A stretch of 62,500 nt of DNA, filler included, from Sphacelaria rigidula (lineage: Eukaryota): assembly GCA_964200075.2 (NCBI GenBank). It is 9 parts of 9 records of this genome, joined end to end, with 100 filler letters (N's around TTAATTAATTAA, not from the genome) between each part and the next. Parts side by side here need not be neighbours in the genome. Positions count along the whole stretch, not along the records: positions 20,869 to 27,724 come from CAXNAA020017745.1; positions 27,825 to 34,680 come from CAXNAA020017746.1; positions 34,781 to 41,635 come from CAXNAA020017747.1; 6 more parts are not named here. One strand, 5' to 3'. Position 1 is the first letter of the stretch. Each line of letters opens with the position of its first letter. Below the pieces are notes generated by a model. That model did not search any database. It worked only from the letters and a program-made list of their open reading frames with translations, and was not told the DNA's origin. This document shows positions 22,241 to 35,190 of this stretch, in pieces. A program made the position numbers and the translations under genes.

Positions 22241-25200
22241 CCCCGGTGCCTGTGGCAAGAAAACATAAATGGTTGATATATGTCGACCTGAAGATGGGTT
22301 CAGGACCAACGTCTTACTCGAAGAAGTTCGTTAAATATGTACCTGCCATATTTCATACCCAAGCAGTGTAACAGCAGATGGTTGTTTATCTGCTGCCACA
22401 AGGATACTACATTGTCGGTTTTACAGTATCCCGTCAATGAATGGGGTGCATGGTTCCATGGCACTGACTCACATTTCCATCCCGACTTGAGCACTACAGT
22501 AATGAGTGCCCATCTTAGAAAATGAGGTTGAAAATTAAAATGAGTTTCAACTCCAAAACAGTGTTTTCTCTGACCTGAAAAGTCATGACAAATGACTTTC
22601 ATCTGGACGACCTCATGCCCCTTGAGAGAGATTCTATGTTAGGGGTACACTTTTCCGTCCACAAGGCTTCTGAGGCCGCACACTAAGGCCCAGATGTTTG
22701 TCATCGAGAGGCCCCTAGAGTGTAGAGTGTCAGGGGGAAAATTTGCACCCCTCTCGTGGAACCACTCCCGACCTTCCTGAAACTATTTTTTGGGGTTCCC
22801 GTCTCCCATCCTCTCAAAGGGTGGGTATGTGGGTAAACACCTTTTTGTCTCGACTTCGGGCTGAAAAAAGGAACGCTTCTAGCTCGAAAATGTGTGCTTT
22901 CGCACATGCCCTTTCGGGGAATGGAAGACGGAAACCCCCCAAAATAGTTTCAGGGAGTTCGGGGCGCATGGCGTCGTCCATCTGAGAGTCATTTGCGGTA
23001 ATTTTATATCAGGAAAAGCTCTGTTGTTGTGGAATTGAAACTAATTTCAGTCATTCTCGAAGATGATCTGTTTACTGTTATCCCTTGACGATACTTCTGT
23101 TTCTCGGATCGTGTCCTCAGTGGGTCACTACCAGTACTACTGGCTTCTGTCCCGAAATCCCAGTTCAGCTTGCTTGTCGTCATGATCGTACAACATGTTC
23201 CCCAAGAAAGGATTAGGCAGGTAATCTCGGTGCTGACTCCCGTCGCCAACTCGAGGAGGGCGTAACGCTACACCGTGGCGCTAAGCGGGATCTAAGAGGC
23301 TGCTCGGGACAGTAATCATGATCCACGGGCGCGGGGTTGGTGTCTAGCCGCAGCATGAGCAGCCTGCCATTTGCTCCCCCCCAGCAACAGACGACGTTGG
23401 CGACTGTTTTTTCACGTTTCTTCATTTTGGCATTTGCGTCGGTCTGTTTTCTCTCATTCACTATTCGAGACCTAAATATTATTTTCGCTCCGCCTTATTA
23501 TTGGTTTGTCTGCTTTTGCAGTGACCGGTTTCACAACCAGTACTTGTTAACCCTTTGACCCTCAGGGGGGGTCAACTGGGTGTTGGATTCATTTTTCGAG
23601 TGGAAAGATGGCGATGAAAAACATTGTTCCTGGCGATCATCAAAGGCTTTTAGTCTACTTGCTCGTGTTCGCCTTGTTTGGTGATCATCTGTGCTACATG
23701 ATCCCGTTGTGTCTTGTTTTTCGTAAATCTGGTGGTGTGGTTTGTCTGTCGAGGGTGATGACATGGCACACGCATGGGATATATATTAATATGTATATAT
23801 ATATATGTATATGTACAGCATCACGAGAATGCATGTTGCGTACGGACATAGGTGACACTGTGGTTTGTTGTCACCCGATAATTATTATGTTGGAACAGTT
23901 CGCTGAGAATCGGCGTACACTGGGGTTCTTGTTTTCCATTTGAAAACGGTTATTCAGACGGTAGAACTCCATGATTTTGCACTCCAAGTCAATTCTGAGT
24001 CTGCTTGTTGTGGCATGAACATCTCTCCCACAATCAACAACGTATTCGTGAGATTGAGAGTAGAGCGCGGATTGAGAGTGTCATTGATCATTCGCTTTAA
24101 CTTAGCCAATTTTTCATTCCGTGCGCGCTTTTCTTTGCCTCTATCCCTGGGGTGGGCTTACAGCTACACGTCGATATCCTACTCAGGGATAGCAAGGACC
24201 TCAGTGGCATGGTACTACAGAAAGAATATCGGGCCTCGTGAAGGGGCATTTCGGAACTGAAATGCTTCATTCACTAATTGACCGCTTTTCACCCTCAATC
24301 GTATCCTCTACTCTCAATCTCACGAAAACATTGTAAATCGTATTTTTGTGATTCAGAGCCGATTTTTCACCCTTATACGACACTTGGCCGGTTGCGCCAC
24401 CTTGGCAAGACTTCTTGTTGTACCCTTCGAGATAATTCCTGTAGCGCACTTCCCGGATGCTTCGCGCACGCACCCGGTCCGATGTTTCGCTGGACGAACG
24501 ACTTCTCAAACAAGCGAGAAGGGGAGAAAAATGCGCATTTCTCCGAGATCAGGAGTAGTACGTGTGTTCAAGTCTTAGGCTTCTAGGGGGGGGTTCTCGG
24601 CTGTCATTCGAGAGATCACTCGTACGGCCAAACGTTGATCTGGACGCTAGGAGCCCCGCGGAGAGTACAGCGGGTATTTCCTGGGTGACACAATCTACTA
24701 AGCGCCGTATTCCGGCGAAAATCGGCCCTGAATCGGCAAAATTGGCTTCTCGGAGACGTTTTTTTCCGGCGAGAAGCGGTCGAAATCCGTGCGTGACTCG
24801 TTCAAATTTGATCTAGAACACACAAGCATCCTTTGGGCGGGCGTGTGTCACGCCGCTGTCCAACATCCCTGAAAGACACGAACACCTCAGTTCGACGATC
24901 GTTGATCGAAATTTGTGCTCGAAAATGTGCACGATCGCGACTCTAAAATACTGGCGTCTGAAAAACAGCGCAAGAAAAGAGGATCGTCGAAATTGGTTCT
25001 GCTAGTTCTCCATTTACTCCGCGACGGATTGCCATAATCATTAGCTGGCCAAATTAAGAAGTTGTAGCAAATAAGTTGTTGACACGACTGTAATCGGGAT
25101 AGATTCGATGCTGAACGAAATCCAAGGGGTACAAATCCAAGGAGTGCATGGGGGTGAGATCCCCTGTGGCTGGCCGGTAACATGTAAGGTTGTTGTTGTC

Positions 25201-25426
25201 TTCACATTAAACCGCTCCGATATCTGCGTAGTACTCTGTACTGGGCATCTGATGCGGATACCTTCCCTGGTCACAGGCTAACTACCCAAACTACGGTATA
25301 GGGGAAAAAAAATGGACCCAGAAAATTCACACGGGCACGATACAAAAAAAAATGCAAAAAAAAAGCTCATAAGTTCCGATGCCGCAGGCCACCATACCCC
25401 GTGGCGTGAGGGTAGTGAGGTGAGGT

Positions 25427-25728
25427 TAGTTCACCACTTGGTAGGGTGAAGAAATTTATGGGAAATTTAGTATTTTGAATATCTCTACCTCTAACCCTAA
25501 CGTTCACCCCAACGAAGGCATACCGACAACCCTCGGGCAAGAGCAGTTAACAGTTGCAAAGCATTCCCAAGGCAAAGTGTGCGTTGCCAGACCTCAAACC
25601 GGCGCCGATTTAGACAAAAGCGCATTGTGCGCATGCGCTAGGAGCACAGCCCCCATTGAAGATTCGAATTTTGGTGCCCACATTAAAACCAAGCGGGACA
25701 ACTTCAACCTATCAAGTGGTGAACACTA
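25427..25728 (+). mobile_element. MITE with ~25-bp TIRs and telomere-type motif core, copy 2
   Basis: TIRs tagttcaccacttggtagggtgaag / cttcaacctatcaagtggtgaacacta; the core matches 21360-21510. Confidence 0.7.
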
Positions 25729-26639
25729 ATGTGTGGGGTGGCCTACGCTAGCATCTAAGCAGAATTCTGGTTCAAAACGATGATGGAAGCAGCGTGACAT
25801 ATCTTGGAGCATATCCGCGGTAACCCAGGTCATGTAAATGAGATTTTCGAGTTCATTTCATTGGGAAACTCATTGAGAGCCCGAAATTCAAAATATAACG
25901 TGTGATATATAAACAACATCGGTGAAGTCAGATTTGGAACGGGGGTGCATGTCGGCGCAGGGGACGAAAAAATAGCTGTTCCCGGGGATGGTTTCTACCA
26001 TGAAGTTGGGGGGTGGTATCGACCGTTTTGGCCTAAAGCGTGTGAATGACAATACTCTTGGGTGATACAAAAGTACTTTTGGGATACTTGAAACGCAAAA
26101 AGACGAGAAAAAAAAAACACTGACGTCGTGCTCACCCGGGGATTTAATGACTGCATGTTTCGTAAACTATGATCACACGGGTGGCATTTACTGTTTTTGG
26201 ACTGCTGCACACAAACGGGTGATGTACTCACACACACGAGTGCATCGATAGAACGTGTGAATAATGAACAACATTAATCCCCGATCACCCGTTTCTGCCC
26301 ACCCGGGAATGAGTCCGCTGCATCCCCTCCCCAAACACGATGGGGGTATTGCCAGTCGTTTTGACCATTTACACAGGCAAGTGCACATGGATTGCGATGT
26401 CCCAGAACACGCGTGAGGCATCATTCGGGCGTATTGACCCTTACCCTACCACTTCATGACCCTTTCCCTCACCAACAACCTTTCCCGGGAATAAAGTCAG
26501 CCCGTCCCGTACCTGAACAATTTCAGCGGCAAAGGAGGTCCCTCCCGACGTTGAAGGTATTTTCTGCCGGACAACAGTGAATCTGAACTCATGACCAGTA
26601 CCAACAGATTGGCTGCAATATACCCTAACTAGTGGACGC

Positions 26640-27190
26640 CTTTAGTTTCTCTCAACGTCCATTTGTCAATCTGCATCCTTTTCAACCCTCCGTACATCTC
26701 CAGGTGCTTTCCCCCATCCACTTTCCGTCTTGACGCTTTTTTCTCCCTTATTTTCATCATATTCCATTCTTGTTTTGTACCTCCCGCACTCATCTGTGGG
26801 CGTTTTCTCGTCCTTGTTTCCTCTTACAGTGTGACCTTCCATACTTTCTCGACTAAGCTATCCCACCTTACTCCAGCCTGCCGTTTCGTCATTTTTTTCC
26901 ACACGACCTTGTCAACTATGGCTGGCAATCTTTTTCTCGACATTCTCCTTTCCCTGTATAGTTGACTCAATTTCCTCGTGTCCACGTATACGTTTGAAGT
27001 GGGAACATTCCCAACTCTGCTCTCAATGCTGTATCACTCGTCATTTTTGAGCATCCAAGTTTTTCGGGGGCTGCAGTCATCTGTAGTGTTCCCACCTTCT
27101 TCACCAACTTCGCGTTCTCCTCCCACACTTTTCCTGCATATTCCAAGTCTGGTACAATCACATTCATTTATCGGGAATACTTCTTTGCAG
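26640..27190 (-). mobile_element. Non-LTR retrotransposon (LINE) ORF2 relic, region after the RT domain
   Basis: VPDLEYAGKVW..LQMTAA..LGCSKMTSDTALRAELGMFPLQT, then RLPAIVDKVVWKKMTKRQAGVRWDSLVEKVWK..HLEMYGGL with frameshifts; typical LINE post-RT pattern P.LEY...VW...Q...LG...LR.ELG..PL. Confidence 0.8.
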
Positions 27191-27829
27191 TAACATATCA
27201 GAGACTGAGGTCACACGTGTATAAAGAGCCAGAGCAAGCAGGTACAAGTGGGAGCGGTCCGAATGGACCAGATTCCCGAGGACCCTGTAATGCCAACGAA
27301 ACTAGACAACTCAGGGTGATGCCAGGAAGAGCCCAACATTCAGGACGACTCAACATCCCCCGAGGAACTGGTCGCCTCCAGCGACCACTGTGTGTCTGAT
27401 CCACTTCTTGCCTATATCTCACAAGAGGAAATCATCGTCAGCTTCGGAGTTCCTTCGGCATCAGGACGACATCTCTGGGGACAGCCTCTTCCTTAGTCTG
27501 TCCCCCCTTGGATACGTCCTCCTTACATTGGGAACACCAGAATAGAACTCAAGTAAGACATCTTATAGTAGGGCACACGTCTTTCACCATGCCGAGGAGT
27601 CATCCTACGATAGGGGGGGGTATTTGGTTGCACGAAAGAAGAGGCTCGTAGGTGTGTCAGACATCCTTCCACACTTGTGTTGCGCTAGTATTTGGTTCCA
27701 AACGGTGTCAGGCAGTACGGATGANNNNNNNNNNNNNNNNNNNNNNNNNNNNNNNNNNNNNNNNNNNNTTAATTAATTAANNNNNNNNNNNNNNNNNNNN
27801 NNNNNNNNNNNNNNNNNNNNNNNNCCGTC

Positions 27830-28400
27830 ACTGGTCACACGACTAAGGCAAGCAACTAAAGTCAATGAGTACGCCCCCCTCCTCCCTCGTGGGGGAAGTA
27901 AGCGAATGTGGCATGGAATCGTCTGGTACATTAGACAGTAGCGAGAAAATCGATCGCTATGCTACGAAAATAGATGGTGGCCACAGACGGCGAAACAGGA
28001 AGGGGATAAGATACGTAAAAAAAATTTTTTTGTGTAATGTATGGAAGAAACGTAAATGAGTGCGCACGCATGTTGGAAGCGCCTCTATAAGGAGTAGGAA
28101 CTGTGTTCGGTCTCGAAAGGGATGCGTGGTCAACGGTCGAATGACCAAGGCAGGGAAACAAATGAGTACGCCCTCCTCCTCGACAAGATGAAGGAATGAA
28201 GGATAAGGCACGAGCGTAGCGAAAAAGAACATGTGTCATTATCCAAACAACAGGGTTGTGGGGGGAGAGAGGTTGGTGAAGTCACGGTAGAGTTTGTGCG
28301 AGGACCCTCCCCCCCGTCCATCTACTCCGTATCGAAAGGGAAGCGTGGTCAATGGTCAAAACGACTAACGCAAGCAACGAATGAGTATGCCCCCCCCCCC
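27830..28400 (+). mobile_element. Stacked LINE-like 3'-end fragments
   Basis: GTLDSSEK..RWWPQTAKQEGD..FLCNVWKKR relic; the 3' motif cgaaaggga.gcgtggtcaa.ggtc.aa.gac.aa.gcaagcaac.aatgagtacgccc occurs 3 times here and again at 33110-33208 and 34570-34680. Confidence 0.65.
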
Positions 28401-28448
28401 CCACCCACCCCGTCCATCATGAGTAAACCTTCCATCGCGAGGCCTTAC

Positions 28449-28653
28449 CTGGAATCCCCCCAGAGTTTGCTCGGCAGCATTCACCGCCGCAGCCCCGACC
28501 GCGTCCCTCAGGTCCAAAGAGGCAACCGTGCGCCCGCCGCCAGATTGCCCTTGCCGGGCGTCCCACAAGTGCACGAAGCCATCGTCTGTGGCGGCGGCGA
28601 GCAATTGATGTGCTGCGGCGAGCTCTATCTTATTGATTCCGGCCGAGGGATTC
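28449..28653 (-). CDS. NOL10: Nucleolar protein 10 (NOL10/Enp2) internal exon, WD40 region
   Basis: ccacAG / cag|GTAAGG. Reads NPSAGINKIELAAAHQLLAAATDDGFVHLWDARQ, aligning with NOL10 (N..D.N..HGL.A.GT..G.VE.WDPR). Phase matches the upstream exon (gg|g). Confidence 0.88.
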
Positions 28654-28839
28654 CTGTGGATCGTTGGCGGAGGCGTGTGCGTTCCGTTTGTGAATACAAC
28701 GTATACATCGTCGGTGTGTGCTGTTCTCGGTGTCCATGCCGCCGCGCCCCCGGTGGTTTGATTGGTAACGACCACACGCTGGACAATAATATGATGAGGT
28801 TAATAGTTGCAATAGAAAAAAAAACAAAAAAGTGCGTCG

Positions 28840-29490
28840 CATGAAGTACAGGCCTTTTGCAACTATTGTCGGTGTTAGTCCGGCAATAGCTTGCAACTGC
28901 CCTTTACTTCACGCAGCACATTTTTTTTCACCTACCAGTATTATTCAGTATTGACCACATATCGACAAATAATTGCAGTAGGCCTGTACTTTACGCGGAC
29001 CACTTTTTTCTACCGCAACTACGGTTTTGGAGAGTTTCGGAAAAACGCTTTCTTAGTGATTCCAGAATGCAAGTACGTCAGGATTAGAGTGCAAAATAAA
29101 ATTAGAAAAAAACTCATCGAAAAACAGTTAAGGGGATAGATACCACATTTGACGGAGGGGAAAATAATTTTTCGTTACACTCTGATCCTGAGATACTTGC
29201 ACTCTGAAATGACGAAAAAACGTTTTCCGAAACTCTCTAGTGACCATAAATCGACAATAGTTGCAATAGGCCTATACCGTACGCAGTGCATTATTTCTCT
29301 GAATTGCAACCATTGACCACATATTAACAATACTTGCAATATTGTAGGCCCATACTTCACGCAGTGCATTCTTCCCTATGTTGGAACTATTGACCAAATA
29401 TCGACAAAAATTGCAATACACTGTAGACCTATACTTCACGCAGTGGGTTCCTTTTCGCCCTCTATATTGCATCTATTGACCACATATTGT
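28840..29490. repeat. Intronic foldback/minisatellite repeat
   Basis: ~70-bp unit ttgaccacatatcgacaa...ttgcaata.g.cctatacttcacgcagt about 5 times; inverted arms at ~29025-29095 and ~29175-29240. Confidence 0.7.
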
Positions 29491-30240
29491 TCAAGCGAAA
29501 CCGATCCTGGGTCAGAAGAAGGTGAGTTTGATTACCGGCAGATCCATTCGTTTTTATTTTCTTTCCACTTCTTTTTTTTTCTTCTTGCGAGACAGTATCC
29601 GATTTTCGTGGTGAAAAATGATAACGTGAGATGAAGAACAGGAAAAAAAAGAAAAGAGTAGAGTCAAATATTGTGCGGGAACAAGGGCGAATTCCATCCG
29701 CGATGATATCATAATGTAAGGCGCGTTCCGGGGAAAGATGACTTCATCTCTTGAGACAGAGAAGGGCTCGTCCTGAGGCAGGGGACGTGAATAGTGTGCC
29801 ACACACACATATAAATACATATATATATATATATACATATATGCTGCTGAATGTAACAAAGCCTCTACTTATTATGCTAGTACGGGTTCTGTGTGCATGT
29901 GACCCATCATTATTCTCAAGATAAACGATTTTTCAGAACCCATGTTGGCATAACAAGTAGAAGCCTCAATGAAATACGGGAACGGAGCAAAGAGAGTTGT
30001 GTTGTTGATTGTCGTGTAGCGGTTTGTTCTCTGTGGGCTTGTTTTCCCCGCTTCTACCTTTGCGCTCAGGGCGAATATACCCAAGCACATCTCGTCCAGA
30101 CAGAGGTACTGACTCGACAGGCGCGATCGACCGTGATCCCGAGGAAAGTACGAGTAGCAAGCAAGCATTACGATACACAGGTTGCCACGTGCGAATTACA
30201 CACGTGTACTGTACTGACAACACCAAAAAAAAAGAAGTAA

Positions 30241-30462
30241 TGGTCGACGAGGGAAAGGGACCGCTGACCCCTCTCCCGATAGAAAACAAAGGCAAGTACC
30301 GCAGAAGGAAGGTGGAGAATTAAAAGAAACAAAAAAGAAAAAAAAATCTTGTGTTGACCTGTCCTCCTGTGTGGCCCTGGCTGGTGCGCCCAGATACACC
30401 GAAAGGTGTAGACCGGCGTCCAGACTGGATGTGACAACAACCGACACACAAACAAAACACAC
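30241..30462 (+). mobile_element. 5'-truncated SINE, family A, in a NOL10 intron (antisense to the gene)
   Basis: Matches the 3' half of 44392-44762, with an AC-rich tail ending about 12 bp from the splice donor. Confidence 0.8.
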
Positions 30463-30474
30463 TGACAAACGTAC

Positions 30475-30580
30475 CCGAGCGACGATGGGGTCGAGGGCAG
30501 AGCGATAGGTGTGCGAAACCTCCCGTGGTCCAGGTTGAAGCGGTGAATCTCGCCCTCACCGCAGCCCACCATCATGTCGC
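30475..30580 (-). CDS. NOL10: NOL10 internal exon
   Basis: aaaaAG / gg|GTACGT. Reads (C)DMMVGCGEGEIHRFNLDHGRFRTPI, aligning with NOL10 CDLY.....EVYRLNLEQGR.L.P. Confidence 0.9.
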
Positions 30581-30726
30581 CTTTTTTGGATGATCAACAG
30601 TTCAACAGAGGCAAGGAGGGCGAGGAGCGGTGCGGGCGGTGGGGGGCAAGGGGGGGAGGGGAGGGGGGGGGGATGCACCGATGAAATTGGATCTACGCGG
30701 TAGCGATAGACGTCTGGANNNNNNNN

Positions 30727-30797
<71 letters not shown>

Positions 30798-31730
30798 GTA
30801 CTGATGATATTGCATGCATGCCGTAGCCATACAACTTTTGACCTCGCATCCCTACAAAGCCTGGACGAAGCACGCCAGGTTATCGCCATACCGAGTCGCA
30901 TGAAGGGTGACTTGCATCCTGCCAAGACTGTTTGGCCCGAAGCGTACTCATGATGGGAGCAGGAGGGTTGCCAGCATAGGGCGTGATGGATACTGTAGCT
31001 ACAGGCGGGCGGTAAGCATCGAGTTCGTCCTTGTGCAGTCATTTTACAGTAGGCGTATTGTAGGTACCAGGTACAGGCGGCGGAACGCAGTGGGTTCGCG
31101 ATGAACGGCACTGTGTGCGAGCGAAGGTGTGATTGTAGCTGCACGCGGCGGCCGGCGCAGCAGCCTTTAATTCTACGGGCATGTAATTCCTCAGGAAGCA
31201 GTCCGCAGGCACAGCGCTGAGGGGTGAACCCGGCAATCAGAACAGAGGCCAAGTGCGAAAATAACCCTAGATAGGTATATATCCGTCATGTTCCGCAAGT
31301 TCTGTTGCATTTTTGCTCGGCACGTCAGTCATAGCATGTGCTTATCGACAATATGAACGTTGGGTATAGTTTACGTTGCGCCAGCGCACGGCGAAAAGCT
31401 CGAAAAAACGACGCGAAGATACGGCTCTTCCCAGCGAAAAACGGCTCAGTGAAGAATGGCTAGTTATCGCTCTCAAGGACACAACTTGGCCCAGCTCCTG
31501 AATCTTTATCCCACAAGCTGAACTCCACAAGCTGAACTCCACGCATTTTGCCGGAAACCGGAAACACTACTTGATAACAACACGGACATTTTTTAGTCTT
31601 CGGTTTCCGAGGTCTTGATTTGCTTTGCACACAACCCCTGACTCCTTTGTCCCACGGAGAAATCGTTACAACACCTCAAAGTTCGTTCTACACCAACACA
31701 CGAAAACGACACCGCCTGATGTGCACTCAC

Positions 31731-31939
31731 AAGTCTCTCGGTGATAGGCCAGGGACCGGCCGAAGCGGGGTATCCTGACGGAGTGATGACTGCCGTAGCC
31801 GGCGTGGAACGCCAACGTCCGGTCGGCCAAAAGGAACGCGAGCTTCTCGTAACCGTCGGCAAGCGGCATGAAATCCACCGCTTCGCAGTCTAGATGCCTC
31901 TCGAACTTCATCGACAAGTCCGAAACCTCGAAGACTTTC
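31731..31939 (-). CDS. NOL10: NOL10 internal exon (N-terminal WD region)
   Basis: KVFEVSDLSMKFERHLDCEAVDFMPLADGYEKLAFLLADRTLAFHAGYGSHHSVRIPRFGRSLAYHRET matches the conserved NOL10/Enp2 block LS.KFER..D.E...F..L.DDY.K...RIP.FGR. Donor t|GTGAGT; acceptor may be 31939 or 31934. Confidence 0.92.
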
Positions 31940-32474
31940 CTCACACGAAGGAAGAAATAGCGCGATCGACAAGGCAAAAAGGCGGGGGGAAAAAAATGGT
32001 GGCTGGGCACGAATAAAGTCGGCCACGGAGAGGTTTTCATTTTTTCACTTGTCGTGCTGTGTACCTCAGTGTTTGTTTGCTTGTGAGATATATTGTTATG
32101 TCATGCTGGTACAGTGCAGGTGCCCAGCATGGTGCGTTGGGCTGCCCATGTCGTATGGCCGCACTATTGTGGGACCCCGCACCATCGTGGGATCCTGCGC
32201 TATACTCGTATAGCGCCATTTACTCGATTTTAGTGCAACGGGTCGGACTTGCGACAGAATGAATGAACGAATTTGAACGACCACACTGTGGCGAGATCCC
32301 AAAATGTCTCTGCAAACTCGTCGAGACTCCCGAGATACTAATAGATTGAATTGTAAAAAATGTACTGTGTACAGTATGGAATCTATTGTTTATTGCAGTA
32401 GACACAATATTCGATACTGTACGTAGTACAGTTTTTGACAAAGTAATCAATCCATTGTCCAGGGTGATATATAC

Positions 32475-32475
<1 letters not shown>

Positions 32476-32505
<30 letters not shown>

Positions 32506-32545
32506 TGTATGTATGTATGTATGTATGTATGTATGTATGTATGTA
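32476..32545. repeat. (TATG)n microsatellite
   Basis: Pure atgt run. Confidence 0.95.
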
Positions 32546-32677
32546 TATATATGCTCTATGCAAACGCAAATTGACCTGGGCAACGGGTGTCGAGGCTTGT
32601 TTCCTTCGTTCACGGTCAATGTATAAAGATATCTATATATAGATATATGTTCTTGCAATACTGCAACGTTTACTACT

Positions 32678-32943
32678 TACGGATGAACGAACGATTCGTC
32701 CGGAAATTACTTGATTTTGGTGTAATTGACTCATACCGTACGAATCAATCCTTGGGCTTTGTTTTTTTCAACGTTGCAACCCAGGTACGCGCAGCCCAGG
32801 CACGTGGAATGGCGGGGAAAAAATGCGTGGAGACCTTCTTGACCAACGGTCGACTTTTTTTGTATATCTTTCAAGCAATCAAGTCTATGGAGGAATTTCG
32901 TGAATTTGGTGATTCGAATCAGCGATGATTCGTCCGACCCGTG
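32678..32943 (+). mobile_element. ~260-bp MITE-like repeat (second copy 37900-38153)
   Basis: Both copies share gattcgtc.gaaa.ttac.tg.tttt.gtgtaattga...tttttcaacgttgc..cccaggtacgcgca.cc..ggcacgtgg; short imperfect TIRs caaggatcggacga / ccgtccgtcccttg. Confidence 0.7.
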
Positions 32944-33212
32944 CTACTTACAGTACTCGGCGACGAAAACAACGCCGCTGATATTCCACGTACGTCTCGA
33001 TGAAAAACCCAAGGTTCCGGTACATACATACACACACCCGCACAGCGCGTAATTCATTGTACACACTCCAACAAAATTGGAATCCCTTTTCCTTCTTGCG
33101 TGATGTATGGAAGAAACGTATTGCTCGCTTTAATGTCGGAGATGTCTCGAATACTAGTAGGAACGGTGTTCTGTCTCGAAGGGGATGCGTGGTCGATCGT
33201 CAAATGACTGAA

Positions 33213-33310
33213 CCCCTTGACCGCGAGTGTAGGTCATCTGGTGATGCGGCAAACGTTCCAAGAGAACCTACGGCTGATTCAATACATGACTTACGCACAC
33301 GGTCAAAGGG
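33213..33310. mobile_element. ~100-bp piggyBac-like hairpin MITE
   Basis: TIRs ccccttgaccgcgagtgtaggtcat / atgacttacgcacacggtcaaaggg; the same head follows TTAA at 20313. Confidence 0.7.
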
Positions 33311-34565
33311 TTCACACGTCAGACGGATCACTCTTTATAGTACGCAGATCATACAGATCAAGTGTGAACACACCTGTGTACCCGATTCGGACGATACAGT
33401 ACAACTAGTTATGGAACGGTCCTCGTGATACGGATATCATCGATCAGGAGGGAGGTATCTTGTACGGGTCATGAGGATACACAGGTTCTTCTTGACGTCT
33501 TGTGTACACCTGATTCGGATTACATAGGTGTGCCCAAGGAGGTGATATACGGATTAACAAATCATACGAATCACTCGTGGCAGATTTGTAGGGATACTCG
33601 GGTCACACAGATCATCAGACAGAGATGTACGAATCACACGGGTCATAAAGATCAGTCATGACGCCATGCATGTGTGCAGCGCCAATAGATATATGTACTT
33701 CGTGTAGCTGCTACAGGCGATAGTCAACATACGGACCTGTGAACATGCACATTGTAAAAGGGCCATACGGGTTGGCAGGTGAGGAATAGTGAATACTGTT
33801 AATCGTATACTTCATTCGGATGCGCCGACAGTGCACATCTTAGGAAAGAATATGCACCCCCCCCATGGAACCACTCAGAATAAAATATACGTACGTTATG
33901 TTCCACATGCCCGGGTTGCTACAGCCAACATACGGACTTGTGAACATGCACATTGAACGCGGGCCAGGTTAGCAGGTGAGGAATAGTGAATACTGCTAAT
34001 TGCATACTTCATTCGGATGCGCCGACAGTGCACATCTTCGAAAATAATATGCACCCCCACCGTGGAACCACTCGGAAAAAAAGATACGTACTTCATGTTC
34101 CATGTGCCCGGGTTGCTACAGGTTAAGAGGAGAGGGAGCTGGATATTTTTTTCTTGCATACTTGATCCGGATCTGACGGGTGCGGGAAAGTGTTCCTTGT
34201 ATCCTAGATTCGGATTCCACAGGTAAGGCGTAGCTTTTGGTGTACTGTACATGAGATTCAAATCGCGCGGGTCGACGACGAGCTACTGTGCTTGTCTGAC
34301 ACGCGTGATATAAATAACAACTGCGTGATGTTGTACAGATGACACCGTTCTACAGATCAGTTGTACACGAAAGTGTGTGTGTGTGTGTGTGAGGCGGATC
34401 GTACAGCTCGTCGCTCGGCAAATATGAACGGGACAAGTGGGTCATACGGATCAGCATCGGACAAACGTGCACGGGTGACAGCACACCTCGGACAGGTCAT
34501 GATCTACGTCCCAAATGAGTTGACCTGGATCTGTTACGAGCTGATCCGTCCGACGTGTGAAAGGG
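33311..34565. mobile_element. Non-autonomous piggyBac-like TIR element containing a ~200-bp tandem duplication (33710-34121)
   Basis: Left ttcacacgtcagacggatcactc pairs with right gagctgatccgtccgacgtgtgaaaggg-TTAA; interrupts a LINE-like 3' end. Confidence 0.7.
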
Positions 34566-34780
34566 TTAAGTCAAGCAATAAATCATTACGCCCCCTCCCC
34601 CCCCCGACACACACAGTGCTCCGTCTCGAAAGGGACGCGTGGTCAATGGTCAAACGACTAAGGCAAGCAACACATGAGAANNNNNNNNNNNNNNNNNNNN
34701 NNNNNNNNNNNNNNNNNNNNNNNNTTAATTAATTAANNNNNNNNNNNNNNNNNNNNNNNNNNNNNNNNNNNNNNNNNNNN

Positions 34781-34818
34781 GTTACGAGGTTACCAACTGA
34801 GCCACCGGGGCGACCGGC
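34781..34818 (-). mobile_element. SINE family A head, cut by the contig end
   Basis: Reverse complement gccggtcgccccggtggctcagttggtaacctcgtaac contains an A-box. Confidence 0.75.
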
Positions 34819-35190
34819 AAAAACAAGACAAAACGTGTGGGAACTCAAAACCACGTTTGTCGTACTCCTGCGTTTTTTGCTAGTTATTGTTACCATGTGT
34901 GTTATCCTGCTTGAAGTGATATGTCTCATCCCATGCGGTCCTGTATGTGATATATATATACATATATATGTTGCTATATATTTTTCGATTTACTCAAGAT
35001 TTACTCTGTTTGTTTGATCCACTTTTTTTTTTTTTTCTTCTCTCAAATGTTTTAGCGGTGTTGTCCATGTTGTGTTTTGTACCCTGGGTAATTCTATCTT
35101 GCGATCACCGCTGGATTATGGTTCCTCGGGTATCATCATCTGTTCATGTGCGACAACCGATCGTACATACCCTGGACAACAGATTCTTTT

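Noticed and set aside
27197..27724. Solo LTR interrupting the LINE relic
   Set aside because: No second copy, TG..CA pair or TSD is visible before the contig ends.
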